This document shows, one piece after another, positions 29,054-38,497 of a stretch of DNA of 60,966 bases. The notes below the pieces were generated by a model. It saw only the letters and a list, made by a program, of their open reading frames with translations, ran no database searches and had not been told where the DNA came from. Position 1 is the stretch's first letter. Each line of letters opens with the position of its first letter. A program made the position numbers and the translations under genes. The DNA is taken from UHGV virus genome UHGV-0202911; one strand, given 5' to 3'. Source of the stretch: a virus.

Positions 29054-30712
29054 ATGGCTATTTCATGGAGCGCAGCAGTTGCGCTTGCAAACAAAATTGC
29101 TTCGGATGTCCCCGCCATCAAAACCATGCTCGACGCGCTGGCGAACATGGATTTCACGGGGATTACTAACCTTCCCGAGAATGCAAAACGGATATTCTCA
29201 GTGACGGGCGGCGTGCAGATACAGAAATATGCCTCGAACGCATGGGCAACGGTGGGCAAGCTCATGCATGACGTGGACACTGTTGACGGCAAACATGCGG
29301 CGACCGGGACCACCGCGAACACCATCCCCGTGCGCGATTCCAGCGGAAAACTTCCCGGAGATATCACAGGTAATGCAAGTACAGCTTCTAAAGCATCAGA
29401 TCTTGCCGATAACTATGTTGTACCCGTCGCTAAAGGTGGGACAGAAGCGTCAACGGCGGCAGAGGCAAGAAAAAATCTCGGAGTGGTGCTTGGGACGACT
29501 TCGGCACCGGGTCTTGTAAAGCCGGACGGGATAACTGCAAAGGTCACAGAAGACGGAACCATCACCGTGAAAAATGTGGCGATAGGGGGAGACCTCGAGG
29601 ATCTGGCGAGTGCGCGGGGACAGATTGGGCCCGCAAGAGAACTTGGAAACAACGTAGATTTTAATACCGTCACTGAGGCAGGTCTTTATCTGATAAATGC
29701 CACAGGGAGCGTGAACGCCCCTCGGGAAAATCAGGCTTTCTTTTTGCAGGTGGTTCGAAGTGTTAAAGGGGCAATCACCAAAAATTTGTTTCAGATTGCT
29801 TACAATTATTCGTCTGTAGCCGACTTGGTTTTTATCCGCCAGTATAGAATGGCGAGTTCATCTTGGTCTGTCTGGACGCAGTTCATCACATCTTCCCAGG
29901 TCGGCGACGGCCTCACTGTCAACAACGGCATCATCTCCGTCCCCGAATACGAGGGCGCGACGGCATCGGCAGCCGGGACAAGCGGCCTTGTTCCGCCCGC
30001 AGCCGCCGGGCAACAGGAAAGCTTCCTGACCGGAGGCGGGGAGTACAAGCCAGCGCTTTCGACTAGCGGTGGGACGGTGACCGGCAATCTTTCAATCAAG
30101 AATCTTCTTGATCTCATCAATGCTGCTCCAGCTACGGAACAAGAGCTTGGGCTTTTCATGCTCGACAAGAATGGAACGCTCATGGGTGCCCATGATTTTG
30201 TACATAATATTAATAATATCAAAGCCGCTCAGATGTATGCTCGAAACAGCAGCGGTTTGATTTCTTCGCTTGGCGTTTATGTCGAAGAAGACGGAACGCG
30301 GTACATTTTGTCGTCACACAACATAATCATAACGAGCGATGTCGAGATTGGACGGTTATATGCTGACGGGGTGAGGCTCATAACATTTTCGGGAACAAAA
30401 AGCAGCCCCGGCCTTATGATGCGTTACTCTCCGGACACCGGAGAACTCTATCTTGACGGTAGGGCGGTGCACGGAAAAGCTGATAGCGCCGGAAGCGCGA
30501 ATGCGTTGACGGGAATGGACATGATCATCGCGCGGACAACGTATACGTTACCGGGGTACGGTACGTGGAAATATAGTTTTACTATTTATGATTCCACTAA
30601 ATTTTATGACCAAGTGGTCGGCGAAAGCCCAGGTGGTACAACTTTTTCTCCGGTGCAGATGGGGTGGCCGGAGGGTTCTTTTATGGATGGATTAGCCTTC
30701 AGGAGCGCATAA
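29054..30712 (+). CDS. tail fiber protein
   Basis: AAGGAG RBS; motif VAKGGTEASTAAEARKNLGV is typical of phage tail fibers. Confidence 0.6.
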   Translation: MAISWSAAVALANKIASDVPAIKTMLDALANMDFTGITNLPENAKRIFSVTGGVQIQKYASNAWATVGKLMHDVDTVDGKHAATGTTANTIPVRDSSGKLPGDITGNASTASKASDLADNYVVPVAKGGTEASTAAEARKNLGVVLGTTSAPGLVKPDGITAKVTEDGTITVKNVAIGGDLEDLASARGQIGPARELGNNVDFNTVTEAGLYLINATGSVNAPRENQAFFLQVVRSVKGAITKNLFQIAYNYSSVADLVFIRQYRMASSSWSVWTQFITSSQVGDGLTVNNGIISVPEYEGATASAAGTSGLVPPAAAGQQESFLTGGGEYKPALSTSGGTVTGNLSIKNLLDLINAAPATEQELGLFMLDKNGTLMGAHDFVHNINNIKAAQMYARNSSGLISSLGVYVEEDGTRYILSSHNIIITSDVEIGRLYADGVRLITFSGTKSSPGLMMRYSPDTGELYLDGRAVHGKADSAGSANALTGMDMIIARTTYTLPGYGTWKYSFTIYDSTKFYDQVVGESPGGTTFSPVQMGWPEGSFMDGLAFRSA

Positions 30713-30713
30713 G

Positions 30714-31130
30714 ATGAAAGATTACGGAAAAATCATCTATCGAACTGAAACTCGGTCGTATGTCGTTGGTAAACTGTGCATCCCCAACCCCAAGGACGGT
30801 AGCGTCCCCGAAGAGATCCGCGACGCTTTTGCCCCGCAGTGGGCTGATGTCGATGCTTACGCAAAAGCGCATCCGGACATGGTGACGGAAGAGCAGGCAT
30901 ACGTCCCGCCCGTACCGACAGTAGAAGATCTCGCGGCTCGCGTACACGCCGAGCGTGATAGACGCATTACCGCAACCGATTACCTTGTCATGCCGGACTA
31001 TCCGATCTCACAAGAAAAGCTTGAAGAGATCAAGGTGTACCGCCAAGCGTTGCGTGATCTGCCCGAACAACTGGGCTTTCCGTGGAACGGGCCGGATGAT
31101 CCGGCCTGCCCGTGGCCTGTGGAACCATAG
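30714..31130 (+). CDS. tail fiber assembly protein (Tfa-like chaperone)
   Basis: ATDYLVMPDYPISQEKLEEIKVYRQALRDLPEQ is typical of Tfa/gpU. Confidence 0.55.
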   Translation: MKDYGKIIYRTETRSYVVGKLCIPNPKDGSVPEEIRDAFAPQWADVDAYAKAHPDMVTEEQAYVPPVPTVEDLAARVHAERDRRITATDYLVMPDYPISQEKLEEIKVYRQALRDLPEQLGFPWNGPDDPACPWPVEP

Positions 31131-31184
31131 CCGTTGCAAAAATCATAGGCATGGCTAGACTCTTTAGAAAAAAGGAGGAAGGCC

Positions 31185-31415
31185 ATGCCACTACCCATGC
31201 CCGAAGAAGAGGAAAACTTGCGTTGCCCACACGGTGAGCGCGTTCAAGCCCTGATGCTGTGTTCTCTGGATTGTGCCGTGTCGGGTGCTCATCCCGACAG
31301 AAAGGCAAAAGCCGATGGTCGGTTCATCATCACGCCGTGGTGGTGCCTGAACAAATGCAGGTGGCTGCCAGAGCACCGGGATGAGATCCGATTCGTGGCG
31401 AAGAAGTCGGATTGA
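31185..31415 (+). CDS. small Cys-rich protein
   Basis: AGGAGG RBS; 76 aa. Confidence 0.35.
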   Translation: MPLPMPEEEENLRCPHGERVQALMLCSLDCAVSGAHPDRKAKADGRFIITPWWCLNKCRWLPEHRDEIRFVAKKSD

Positions 31416-31469
31416 AGACACAAAAAAATCCCCATCCCGGCGCGAACCGAGAGGGGGATTTTTTTGGAC

Positions 31470-31692
31470 ACATATTCTGACACATATTTAGAGTGCTTTT
31501 GCCACATTTTGACACATTTTGCTGAGGCTTAATATAATAAATTCAATATGTTAATATGTAAACAATGCCCTGTACATGGGAATCATGCTTAAAACAACAG
31601 TGTGTAAAAGTTGTTTGTTAACCATTGGTTATTGACGAACTGAACATCCATCTTTAAGTTGCCACATATTTTCTGCCACATATTTAGGTTCA
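31470..31692. repeat. candidate attP region with arm-type direct repeats (GACACATAT and GCCACATATTT families)
   Basis: five or more copies of (G/T)(A/C)CACAT(A/T)TT within 220 nt next to the integrase gene. Confidence 0.4.
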
Positions 31693-32723
31693 GGGATAGC
31701 CTCAATTGCGGCAATTTTTTGAGAGTTGAGGACGTGCTGATAGTGTTTCAAAACCATTGTAAGGCTGGCGTGCCCCATGAGCTTTGCAACCGTCCCGATG
31801 TCTGCACCTGCGGCGATAGCTTCGGTAGCAAAGGCATGTCTTAGATCGTAGGGACGTATCTTTCTTGATATTCCAGCACGCCTGAGAGCGGCTTTCCAAC
31901 CCTCATGTATGGTTCTAATGGGCTTTCCTCTGAAATGGATAACTTGATTGACTCCTAATTCTTTATCAGCATCACGCCACGACCGCAATTCATCTATCAA
32001 TGTTTTTCTTATCGGGATATCACGGATGGGTTCTTTTCTATTTTTCTTTGCAGCATGTAGATGAATCACACTATTTTCAATGTCTACATCGGACCATTTT
32101 AAACTGAAAAGCTCTGATGGACCTACTCTAATACCCATTTGTGAACCAAGTATGATCACGCGCCGCACATGCTCATTGGCGTGTGCGAATATCAAGGCAA
32201 TTTCATGTTGTGTCGGTGGTACAAAATGTTCATATTCAACATGCGGCAAAGTTGGGATTCTTGGCATTTCTCTGATGAGTTCATTTTGATATGCCCATCT
32301 AATTATGGAAATAACCGGACTTACATAACGCCTGATAGTTGCTGTTTTGATTCTGCGTGATAGAAAATACTCGACGAGGGTTTTAAGTTTTGTACTATCA
32401 ATCTCATGAATGGGTATATCACACATGAATGGCATAGCCGGTTTCATATTTGCCAAATGTCTGTTTAATGCCTTTTCCGAAAAGTGTTTTTCTTTTAGAA
32501 ATAAATAATATACGGACTCAAATGTGTGTTCCTGATTCGTCTCAGAAACTTCGTCCTTACGGAATGAATCTCTTTCATACTTAAGCTGATACTTCTTGAG
32601 GGCATCTTGCTTCTTTGCTTCCTCCTCCGTTTCGACGTAAAGTGATTCTCGCTTGAGGGTGAACGGGTTGTTCCAGTACACTTCCCACGGCTTTCTACGG
32701 CCTTTCCTCTGTCTGATAGCCAT
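31629..32723 (-). CDS. int: tyrosine integrase
   Basis: C-terminal RPYDLRHAFAT and HASLTMVLKHYQHV catalytic motifs; AGGAGG RBS. Confidence 0.8.
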   Translation of the reverse strand: MAIRQRKGRRKPWEVYWNNPFTLKRESLYVETEEEAKKQDALKKYQLKYERDSFRKDEVSETNQEHTFESVYYLFLKEKHFSEKALNRHLANMKPAMPFMCDIPIHEIDSTKLKTLVEYFLSRRIKTATIRRYVSPVISIIRWAYQNELIREMPRIPTLPHVEYEHFVPPTQHEIALIFAHANEHVRRVIILGSQMGIRVGPSELFSLKWSDVDIENSVIHLHAAKKNRKEPIRDIPIRKTLIDELRSWRDADKELGVNQVIHFRGKPIRTIHEGWKAALRRAGISRKIRPYDLRHAFATEAIAAGADIGTVAKLMGHASLTMVLKHYQHVLNSQKIAAIEAIPEPKYVAENMWQLKDGCSVRQ

Positions 32724-32762
32724 ACTGAATAGCCTCCTGAGCAAAGGAGGCCGCTCCAGCTG

Positions 32763-33062
32763 CTACTGGACGGCCCCCATATTGAACTCTGCTAAAAGTT
32801 CCTTGGCGGATTTTCCGATGACGCACCCTGATGTTTTGGTCTGTCTTCGTCGCCTTGGAACTCCTGCCTTTGCCTGAGCCTCAGCATGTAATGTGTCGAT
32901 CACCGTCATAACGGCCCGACGATGCCAGCGCAAGCCGTTTCCGCGTCCACGTCCCAGATCGACAGGCTGCACGCCGTGGGAGCGTAGCAAGTTGAGTGAA
33001 CGTGTAATCCCCATTCCCATGAGTTCGGATGCCTGTTCTGTAGTCAAAAGTGTTGGCTCCAT
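32763..33062 (-). CDS. xis: excisionase / AlpA-like HTH
   Basis: LTTEQASELMGMGITRSLNLLRSHG fits the HTH_17 family; adjacent to int. Confidence 0.55.
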   Translation of the reverse strand: MEPTLLTTEQASELMGMGITRSLNLLRSHGVQPVDLGRGRGNGLRWHRRAVMTVIDTLHAEAQAKAGVPRRRRQTKTSGCVIGKSAKELLAEFNMGAVQ

Positions 33063-33073
33063 TTTCTTTCCTC

Positions 33074-33568
33074 CTACGCGGCCCGCTCGTACACCCGTGT
33101 CCCGATCTCAGCTATCTGCGGGTCGACCTTTTCGAGCGCATTGCACAGCGTGGTCAGCGTTTTGAGCAGGTTGTGCCAATGAAGGCCCCGGAAGTAGGCG
33201 GGGCAGGTGTTCCGGCAGTCCTCAAGGAAGGTCAGCCCGGCCCACATCCCGGCGGCCCATTGCGTCCAGCGGGAAGCATCGGCGGCAGCCGCCTGAATGT
33301 CCCCAACGTGCCCTGCAAGGATATGGAACCGGGCATCCAGATCCCGTTTCGCGCCTGCGGAGAGCCTGCGCTTCTGCGTGTCGTCCGCGCATCGGTCGAT
33401 CCAGCGGTTGACCTTCTCGACTTGTCTGCCAAGGTCGCCAAGCTGCGCCAGCATTTCCGGCTTGAGGAAAGAAATCGCCACGGTGATCATGGACAGGGCC
33501 AGAACACAGCGGGTGTGCTGGATGGCCTCGTTTGGGTACGGGATTACGGGGTTGGTGGGTCTTCGCAT
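33074..33568 (-). CDS. hypothetical early protein
   Basis: GGAGAAG RBS and internal Met; hairpin upstream. Confidence 0.4.
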   Translation of the reverse strand: MRRPTNPVIPYPNEAIQHTRCVLALSMITVAISFLKPEMLAQLGDLGRQVEKVNRWIDRCADDTQKRRLSAGAKRDLDARFHILAGHVGDIQAAAADASRWTQWAAGMWAGLTFLEDCRNTCPAYFRGLHWHNLLKTLTTLCNALEKVDPQIAEIGTRVYERAA

Positions 33569-33603
33569 GTTCTTCTCCAGAAAAAGAAAAGCCCCTTTCG
33601 GGG

Positions 33604-34074
33604 CTACTTCGGTTCGCGGGGTTCGGGTATATACCTCATATTCCATGCGTCGCGCATATCTTTGGCGCTATGCCATCCGATAGATCTGACAATATGCGAT
33701 GCTATGCCCAGCCATTCTGCATGGTATGGTGGAGCCCCGATATATCGACCATGGTAGATTACAGTCGGAAGTTTCCCGGTGAAGGGGCATGGAAGCAAGC
33801 CAAGGTCGCCCCATACGACGCCCTTTTCACCTTCGGGCTCATCTGGCAACGCAACACGCCATTCTAGTCCTTTGGGTATATGCCATTTCCACCCGTCCCA
33901 TTTCGCACAACTCGGACAATAAATATCAGGTTGGCATAGGGGGGAAAAGATTTTATCCGACCATTCCGGCTGCATAACCAGCCCCAGAATCTCCTGTGCG
34001 GGGATACGCCAGCGGTATACTATCTTGGCATCCGTAGGGCGCTGTTCGCTCCACAACGTCCAGCTATCCATCAT
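33604..34074 (-). CDS. DUF551-like protein (C-terminal motif IPEPREPK)
   Basis: GGAGGA RBS; Trp-rich; paralogous C-terminus shared with the next gene. Confidence 0.4.
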   Translation of the reverse strand: MMDSWTLWSEQRPTDAKIVYRWRIPAQEILGLVMQPEWSDKIFSPLCQPDIYCPSCAKWDGWKWHIPKGLEWRVALPDEPEGEKGVVWGDLGLLPCPFTGKLPTVIYHGRYIGAPPYHAEWLGIASHIVRSIGWHSAKDMRDAWNMRYIPEPREPK

Positions 34075-34435
34075 GTCCTCCTTGTTCCTTCGGTTCGCGT
34101 GGTTCGGGGATGGGGCCAGCCCATTGGTCATATCCGTCTGGTACTCCGAATTCTGCCCACACCTCAGGCCACACCTTCCTGACAACGGCATATTCCGGAT
34201 AGGATTTATGTCTGCACCAATACCATCCCGGCACCTTCGGCGGCTCGGTCGTCCACGTCAGCGCTCGGGGGATGGAATTCCATTGCCTGATCGCATATTC
34301 CGCGTCGACCTTTGGAGCGCAAGGGCCGCACATCCCGCACGCGTGACAGAATCCGTAGGCTCTCGTATCTACTCTCATGACCACATCGGAAGCCCCACAC
34401 GCCGGGCACGGTAGCAACGTCAGTTCTTCGGACAT
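34064..34435 (-). CDS. Lar-like (restriction alleviation) zinc ribbon fused to a DUF551-like domain
   Basis: N-terminal LLPCPACGASDVV...CHACG resembles the Lar family; C-terminal WAGPIPEPREPK. Confidence 0.45.
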   Translation of the reverse strand: MSEELTLLPCPACGASDVVMRVDTRAYGFCHACGMCGPCAPKVDAEYAIRQWNSIPRALTWTTEPPKVPGWYWCRHKSYPEYAVVRKVWPEVWAEFGVPDGYDQWAGPIPEPREPKEQGGHDG

Positions 34436-34656
34436 GATTCCTCCAGCTTGACACGTGGAATTAAAATATCTGCGCTGATTCCCAGAAGTTCACGGAGTAT
34501 TGCGATTTCTCTCTTGGACGGGCATCTCTTTCCTGTCAGCAGATCAGAAGCGGTTCCCCGACTTTTCAGATACTTTGCCAGTTCAGACTGAGAAACGCCG
34601 AGATGTACCATCGCAGTTCTGATGAGTCTTGCTGTGAACAAGGCGTCCTCGTTCAT
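34420..34656 (-). CDS. XRE-family HTH regulator
   Basis: LGVSQSELAKYL...AILRELLGI matches an HTH motif. Confidence 0.5.
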   Translation of the reverse strand: MNEDALFTARLIRTAMVHLGVSQSELAKYLKSRGTASDLLTGKRCPSKREIAILRELLGISADILIPRVKLEESCPKN

Positions 34657-34943
34657 CTCCCTTCCTCCATGGCCTCGCGTGCGGCTTCCCGTACATCTTC
34701 AGGCAACGGCGGATTCATAGCACCGGAATCGATCTCGGGCAGTAAATCAATGTCGATATATGCGTTTGCAAGCCATATGCTGAGGACATCCGCCTCCAGC
34801 TCCAGCCTTTCTTTCTCCGCCTCGACTTCTTCCAGTGCATCAAGTAACCGAATGGTGAAGTCCGCATGGGCCGCATCAAAGCATGTGTATGGTGATGCCA
34901 ATCTTTCGCGCCATTGGTCGCGCTCCGTTTTTGTTGGGTTCAT
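34653..34943 (-). CDS. hypothetical acidic protein
   Basis: compact operon with 4-nt stop-start overlaps. Confidence 0.3.
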   Translation of the reverse strand: MNPTKTERDQWRERLASPYTCFDAAHADFTIRLLDALEEVEAEKERLELEADVLSIWLANAYIDIDLLPEIDSGAMNPPLPEDVREAAREAMEEGR

Positions 34944-34944
34944 A

Positions 34945-35220
34945 TCATTTTTCTCCCTTTAGTGCCTTGTAAATACGGACGACAACTTCTTGCAGTTCTG
35001 TTTTTTCATTCTGGGCATGTTCCAATTCCCGGCACAGCCTGAAAACCGTAACCGCAGGCCCCATCTCGTCGAGCGCCCCGGGATCTCCGAGCATGTCGCC
35101 AATGGCGGCGGAACGGATGCGGGCGAGTTCTTCGGTGGTGATCATTCTTTCGGCTCCGTAGCTTGATATGCGTCTTGAAGGACTTCTTCCGCCGCCCTTA
35201 TCACCCATTCTCCTGAGCAA
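34945..35220 (-). CDS. hypothetical protein
   Basis: operon context. Confidence 0.3.
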   Translation of the reverse strand: MLRRMGDKGGGRSPSRRISSYGAERMITTEELARIRSAAIGDMLGDPGALDEMGPAVTVFRLCRELEHAQNEKTELQEVVVRIYKALKGEK

Positions 35221-35486
35221 GAAACCTCACCGCTTGCCTCTTCGGATAAGTATTTCACCATCTCGATCAGCCTCGGCACGGCGTTGCACGCGGCGACGAT
35301 GTATGCGGCGTTATCCGGTTCTGTGGACATGTATTTCATCCTGCAGATGATGCGCTCTTCTTTATCGGTGATGTAGTATTCTTCTTCATCCTCTCCAAAA
35401 AAGAGTTTCTTCCTGAGATAATAGGGCGGCATGATCGCCGCCTTCCTCAGCCGTTCAAGCTCGTCAAGCCATTCTTGTGCGGTCAT
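35142..35486 (-). CDS. hypothetical protein
   Basis: operon context. Confidence 0.3.
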   Translation of the reverse strand: MTAQEWLDELERLRKAAIMPPYYLRKKLFFGEDEEEYYITDKEERIICRMKYMSTEPDNAAYIVAACNAVPRLIEMVKYLSEEASGEVSCSGEWVIRAAEEVLQDAYQATEPKE

Positions 35487-35805
35487 CCGCTATGTCCTCC
35501 CACATTTGATCAGTAACAAGACAACACCACCCGTCTGGTGTAGGCCAAAACGGGCAACAGCCATTTTCCACTGGGCACGCACCACGGCGGCATCGCTCGG
35601 CAAGCTGTGTTGGGGTGAAGTCTTTGTACTCTGGCAGTACGTCCTCATTATACCAATCAGCTGGAGTGATTTTTCGGCATCCCTTCATCATCTTGCAGTG
35701 CTCACCGCCTCCCGCAGGACACCCGGACTGTCCCTCGCTGTGCGCGCATAGATAAGCGCGTATCAGAGCCCGCTTGGAATACTTTTCAAGATCTTCTATC
35801 TTCAT
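35464..35805 (-). CDS. Cys-rich protein (paralog of the next gene; shared IARAY(M/L)C motif)
   Basis: nine Cys; N-terminal similarity to the protein at 35802..36017. Confidence 0.35.
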   Translation of the reverse strand: MKIEDLEKYSKRALIRAYLCAHSEGQSGCPAGGGEHCKMMKGCRKITPADWYNEDVLPEYKDFTPTQLAERCRRGACPVENGCCPFWPTPDGWCCLVTDQMWEDIADDRTRMA

Positions 35806-36017
35806 CCTCTTTTCTCCCGCTCACTGTTCAGCACTTCTTCCCAAGCTTGAGGCGTTACGTCTGAACACCACACTTCTTTCATGGGGCAATTTTCTGTTTC
35901 TTCGCCATATAGTAGCGGGCATCGAGTATAAACCGATGCACTGATTTTGCACATATACGCCCGCGCGATTGCCTCTTTTGAGCACTGCATAATGGATTCA
36001 AGGGAGGTTTCACTCAT
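35802..36017 (-). CDS. Cys-rich small protein
   Basis: paralogous N-terminus. Confidence 0.35.
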   Translation of the reverse strand: MSETSLESIMQCSKEAIARAYMCKISASVYTRCPLLYGEETENCPMKEVWCSDVTPQAWEEVLNSEREKRG

Positions 36018-36354
36018 TGTCCATCTCCTTCTCAGCTTGCAAATGTGCCATTCTCATTCTGCACCAGTCCCCGCAGCCTTTGCCCTTGAAATGCTTGGCA
36101 GGACAGAACATCGTCATCCCGTGGGCACACGGTACGTCTTCAATGTCGAGATGGAGTGCAATCATCTTTGCTCTCGCCTCGAACTCGGCGGCGTCGCGGT
36201 AGTCAGATGCAAGTGTGTACGCGCTCGTTTCAAATTTCTCCCTATCGGCGCACCAAAAGCAGATGCCTCCAACGCCGCTGACTTCATAATGTACGCAACG
36301 GCTGCATCTAATTTTTCGGTTCTCCAGCCACTTCCTTTCCTTATCCGTCAGCAT
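36010..36354 (-). CDS. Cys-rich protein
   Basis: CSRCVHY...CFWC...CAHG...CPAKH..CGDWC motifs. Confidence 0.35.
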   Translation of the reverse strand: MLTDKERKWLENRKIRCSRCVHYEVSGVGGICFWCADREKFETSAYTLASDYRDAAEFEARAKMIALHLDIEDVPCAHGMTMFCPAKHFKGKGCGDWCRMRMAHLQAEKEMDNE

Positions 36355-36459
36355 ATTTTACCCCGCGCGTTGTTCATGCAGCCGCGCCCCTGCACACCAT
36401 CCAGACCACCCACACGAAGAAGGCGACCCACACCCACGTGAGCCGCCTTTCCCATTTCG

Positions 36460-36729
36460 TCATTCCGCCTTTTCCAGTAGCGCAACATGAGGTCGGTAGA
36501 ACTTTCCTACGCCACCAGTTTTTGATGGGACGCGAACGATATAGGACACATGATCCCGAGGGTAGCCAAGATGAGGTGCCTTTCTCCCATATTTCTCAGC
36601 TACCCTCGTGGCATATATCTGAGGATTCCCGCCCGCAGGTATGACGGATTCAACAATCCCCTTTTTTTCTTTCCAAAAGCCATTTGCGGAAGAAGCCCAC
36701 TGTACCGTATCGCCAACCTTGAAGTTTTC
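36460..36729 (-). CDS. hypothetical protein
   Basis: starts MENFKVGDTVQW. Confidence 0.3.
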   Translation of the reverse strand, partial: ENFKVGDTVQWASSANGFWKEKKGIVESVIPAGGNPQIYATRVAEKYGRKAPHLGYPRDHVSYIVRVPSKTGGVGKFYRPHVALLEKAE

Positions 36730-37013
36730 CATATTACTCTGCCTTTTCCGTCCATTTATCGCAGATTGCCAGAGCACCAGTCTTCCAGCCATTGAGCGTA
36801 CAGCGGGAACCGTCAAAGTACGATGTACCGTAGTATCCCTTTTTCTCAATGCGCTCGACATGCTTGCAATTCGCGCAATTCTTTGTCGGCGCATGTTTCT
36901 GCCAGTTTACGCTATTTTTTGTGATTCTTGGCATATCATCCCGCGTGATTCGTATGCGCGGCCCACGGTTTGGGGTATGAAAAGCCCCGCCGGGGGAGGG
37001 CGGGGCGGGGTGG

Positions 37014-37655
37014 TTAGAAGGGTGGTTCATCATAGGGAAAAGGCTGACCGTAGGTATTGGCTTCCGGTGGGGTCTGATTCTTCCCCTTTTCCGCTTCTCC
37101 GGTTACAGGGCCGTCAGTGATAAATTCCTTACCTGATTTGATCTGTACATATTCTTCTTTGTCCGGGGTGATGATCGATGTGATATAGTTGTTCCAGTAC
37201 TTTTTCCCGTCCTTTTCGTAAAACTCTTTGCTGATACCGAGTTTTGCGGGAAATTCCATATCTTGCATATCCGTCCACTCGGCAAGCTGACGTCCTCGTA
37301 TCGAACGATCGTCAGTGGCTTTTGGGTTGATTCCCCGATGGGCTTCAATAATGGCTCGTATCTGTGCTCCTGAGCGATTGCAGGTGGTGGTTTGCCCCTC
37401 GTTCAAGCGGATGTTCTGATACCCTGCGGGAAGCCACAGATTATCGTACCATTCCACACCATCATAAAGTCCGCCTACAACGGTAAACTTGCACCACAGG
37501 CCAAGAAGCCCTGACTTTGCCTGAGCCACCCACGGAGTATCTTGGAGCCCATATTTGGGCGTTTCTACGCTGATGCGAACCATGACCTTGCTCCCGGCAG
37601 GAACAGGCCCGTAATTGCGGTTTTTTTGTTCAGATTCCATATTGAGATCAAGCAT
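37014..37655 (-). CDS. phage protein, possibly a DUF669-like partner of the AAA_24 ATPase
   Basis: immediately downstream of the ATPase and overlapping its stop. Confidence 0.35.
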   Translation of the reverse strand: MLDLNMESEQKNRNYGPVPAGSKVMVRISVETPKYGLQDTPWVAQAKSGLLGLWCKFTVVGGLYDGVEWYDNLWLPAGYQNIRLNEGQTTTCNRSGAQIRAIIEAHRGINPKATDDRSIRGRQLAEWTDMQDMEFPAKLGISKEFYEKDGKKYWNNYITSIITPDKEEYVQIKSGKEFITDGPVTGEAEKGKNQTPPEANTYGQPFPYDEPPF

Positions 37656-38484
37656 GGTAGGCGCCCTCCGTGGCGGTTAAGAGTTGTTCATGGAATGCGG
37701 CCCATGTCGGGTCGTTTCCGATAAAGATTTCCGGTTCCAGAGGCCAGCGGCTTTTGGCCTGATATGCCGGGCGCTCTGCCGTGTAGATGACGCGGTCGCC
37801 GCTTCCGGTGGCCTTTGCCTTTTCTCCTTCCCTCTTTGTGACGCGGGCCTTGTAGTTCAGGAACAGGAGCATTTCAGCCCATTCCATCCAGAGTGCCGCA
37901 CCACGCTTGTGGAGCTTGAGGGAATACCGCTGATACGGATCGGAGTCCGGCGGATCGATGGTCACAGGCACGGCATGAGCGATGGTAACAATGTTCATGT
38001 CGCGCAAGGTACGAAGCTTTTCGAGCTTGGCTTGAATTGCCCGCCACACGTCATCAACCTTGACGTATCCCTTACCGTATCCAAAATCCTCAATGTTTTC
38101 CTTTCCTTCCTTGGTGCATACGTACTGCCATACAAGCGGCTCCATCCAGTCGAGAGAGTCGATGATCAATGTCTTGAACTGGTGAATCCCGCGCAGTGCG
38201 GCTATTGCAGCGTCAAGGTCTTGAAGACTGGTGATGAGATTTGGAAACGTGGGGATGTCCAGTGCGGCGGCCCCGTTCTCCGTCCTGAGTAGGATGGGAG
38301 AAGGGAACGTCCCTGCGAACGTTGTCTTTCCGATGCCGGGAACCCCGTAGAGGACAATCTTCATCGGCTGGAATCCTTTGCTGCTTACGATAGCGGAAAG
38401 GTCAAAGGGGTTCACGAGTTCGCTTGCGTCGCATCCCAGGAAGCTCGCTGCCTGCACCGCCTGTTCTTGGGTTGTCTGTGCCAT
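37648..38484 (-). CDS. AAA_24-family (Sak4-like) recombination ATPase
   Basis: Walker A MKIVLYGVPGIGKTT; about 278 aa, typical of phage AAA_24. Confidence 0.6.
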   Translation of the reverse strand: MAQTTQEQAVQAASFLGCDASELVNPFDLSAIVSSKGFQPMKIVLYGVPGIGKTTFAGTFPSPILLRTENGAAALDIPTFPNLITSLQDLDAAIAALRGIHQFKTLIIDSLDWMEPLVWQYVCTKEGKENIEDFGYGKGYVKVDDVWRAIQAKLEKLRTLRDMNIVTIAHAVPVTIDPPDSDPYQRYSLKLHKRGAALWMEWAEMLLFLNYKARVTKREGEKAKATGSGDRVIYTAERPAYQAKSRWPLEPEIFIGNDPTWAAFHEQLLTATEGAYHA

Positions 38485-38497
38485 TGTTTTTCTCCGG

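Noticed and set aside
33050-33757. 235-aa + strand ORF
   Set aside because: It lies antisense to the compact leftward early operon. The minus-strand genes have RBSs and stop-start overlaps, and this ORF does not.
37684-38292. 202-aa + strand ORF
   Set aside because: It lies antisense to the AAA_24 ATPase gene, which has a Walker A motif.
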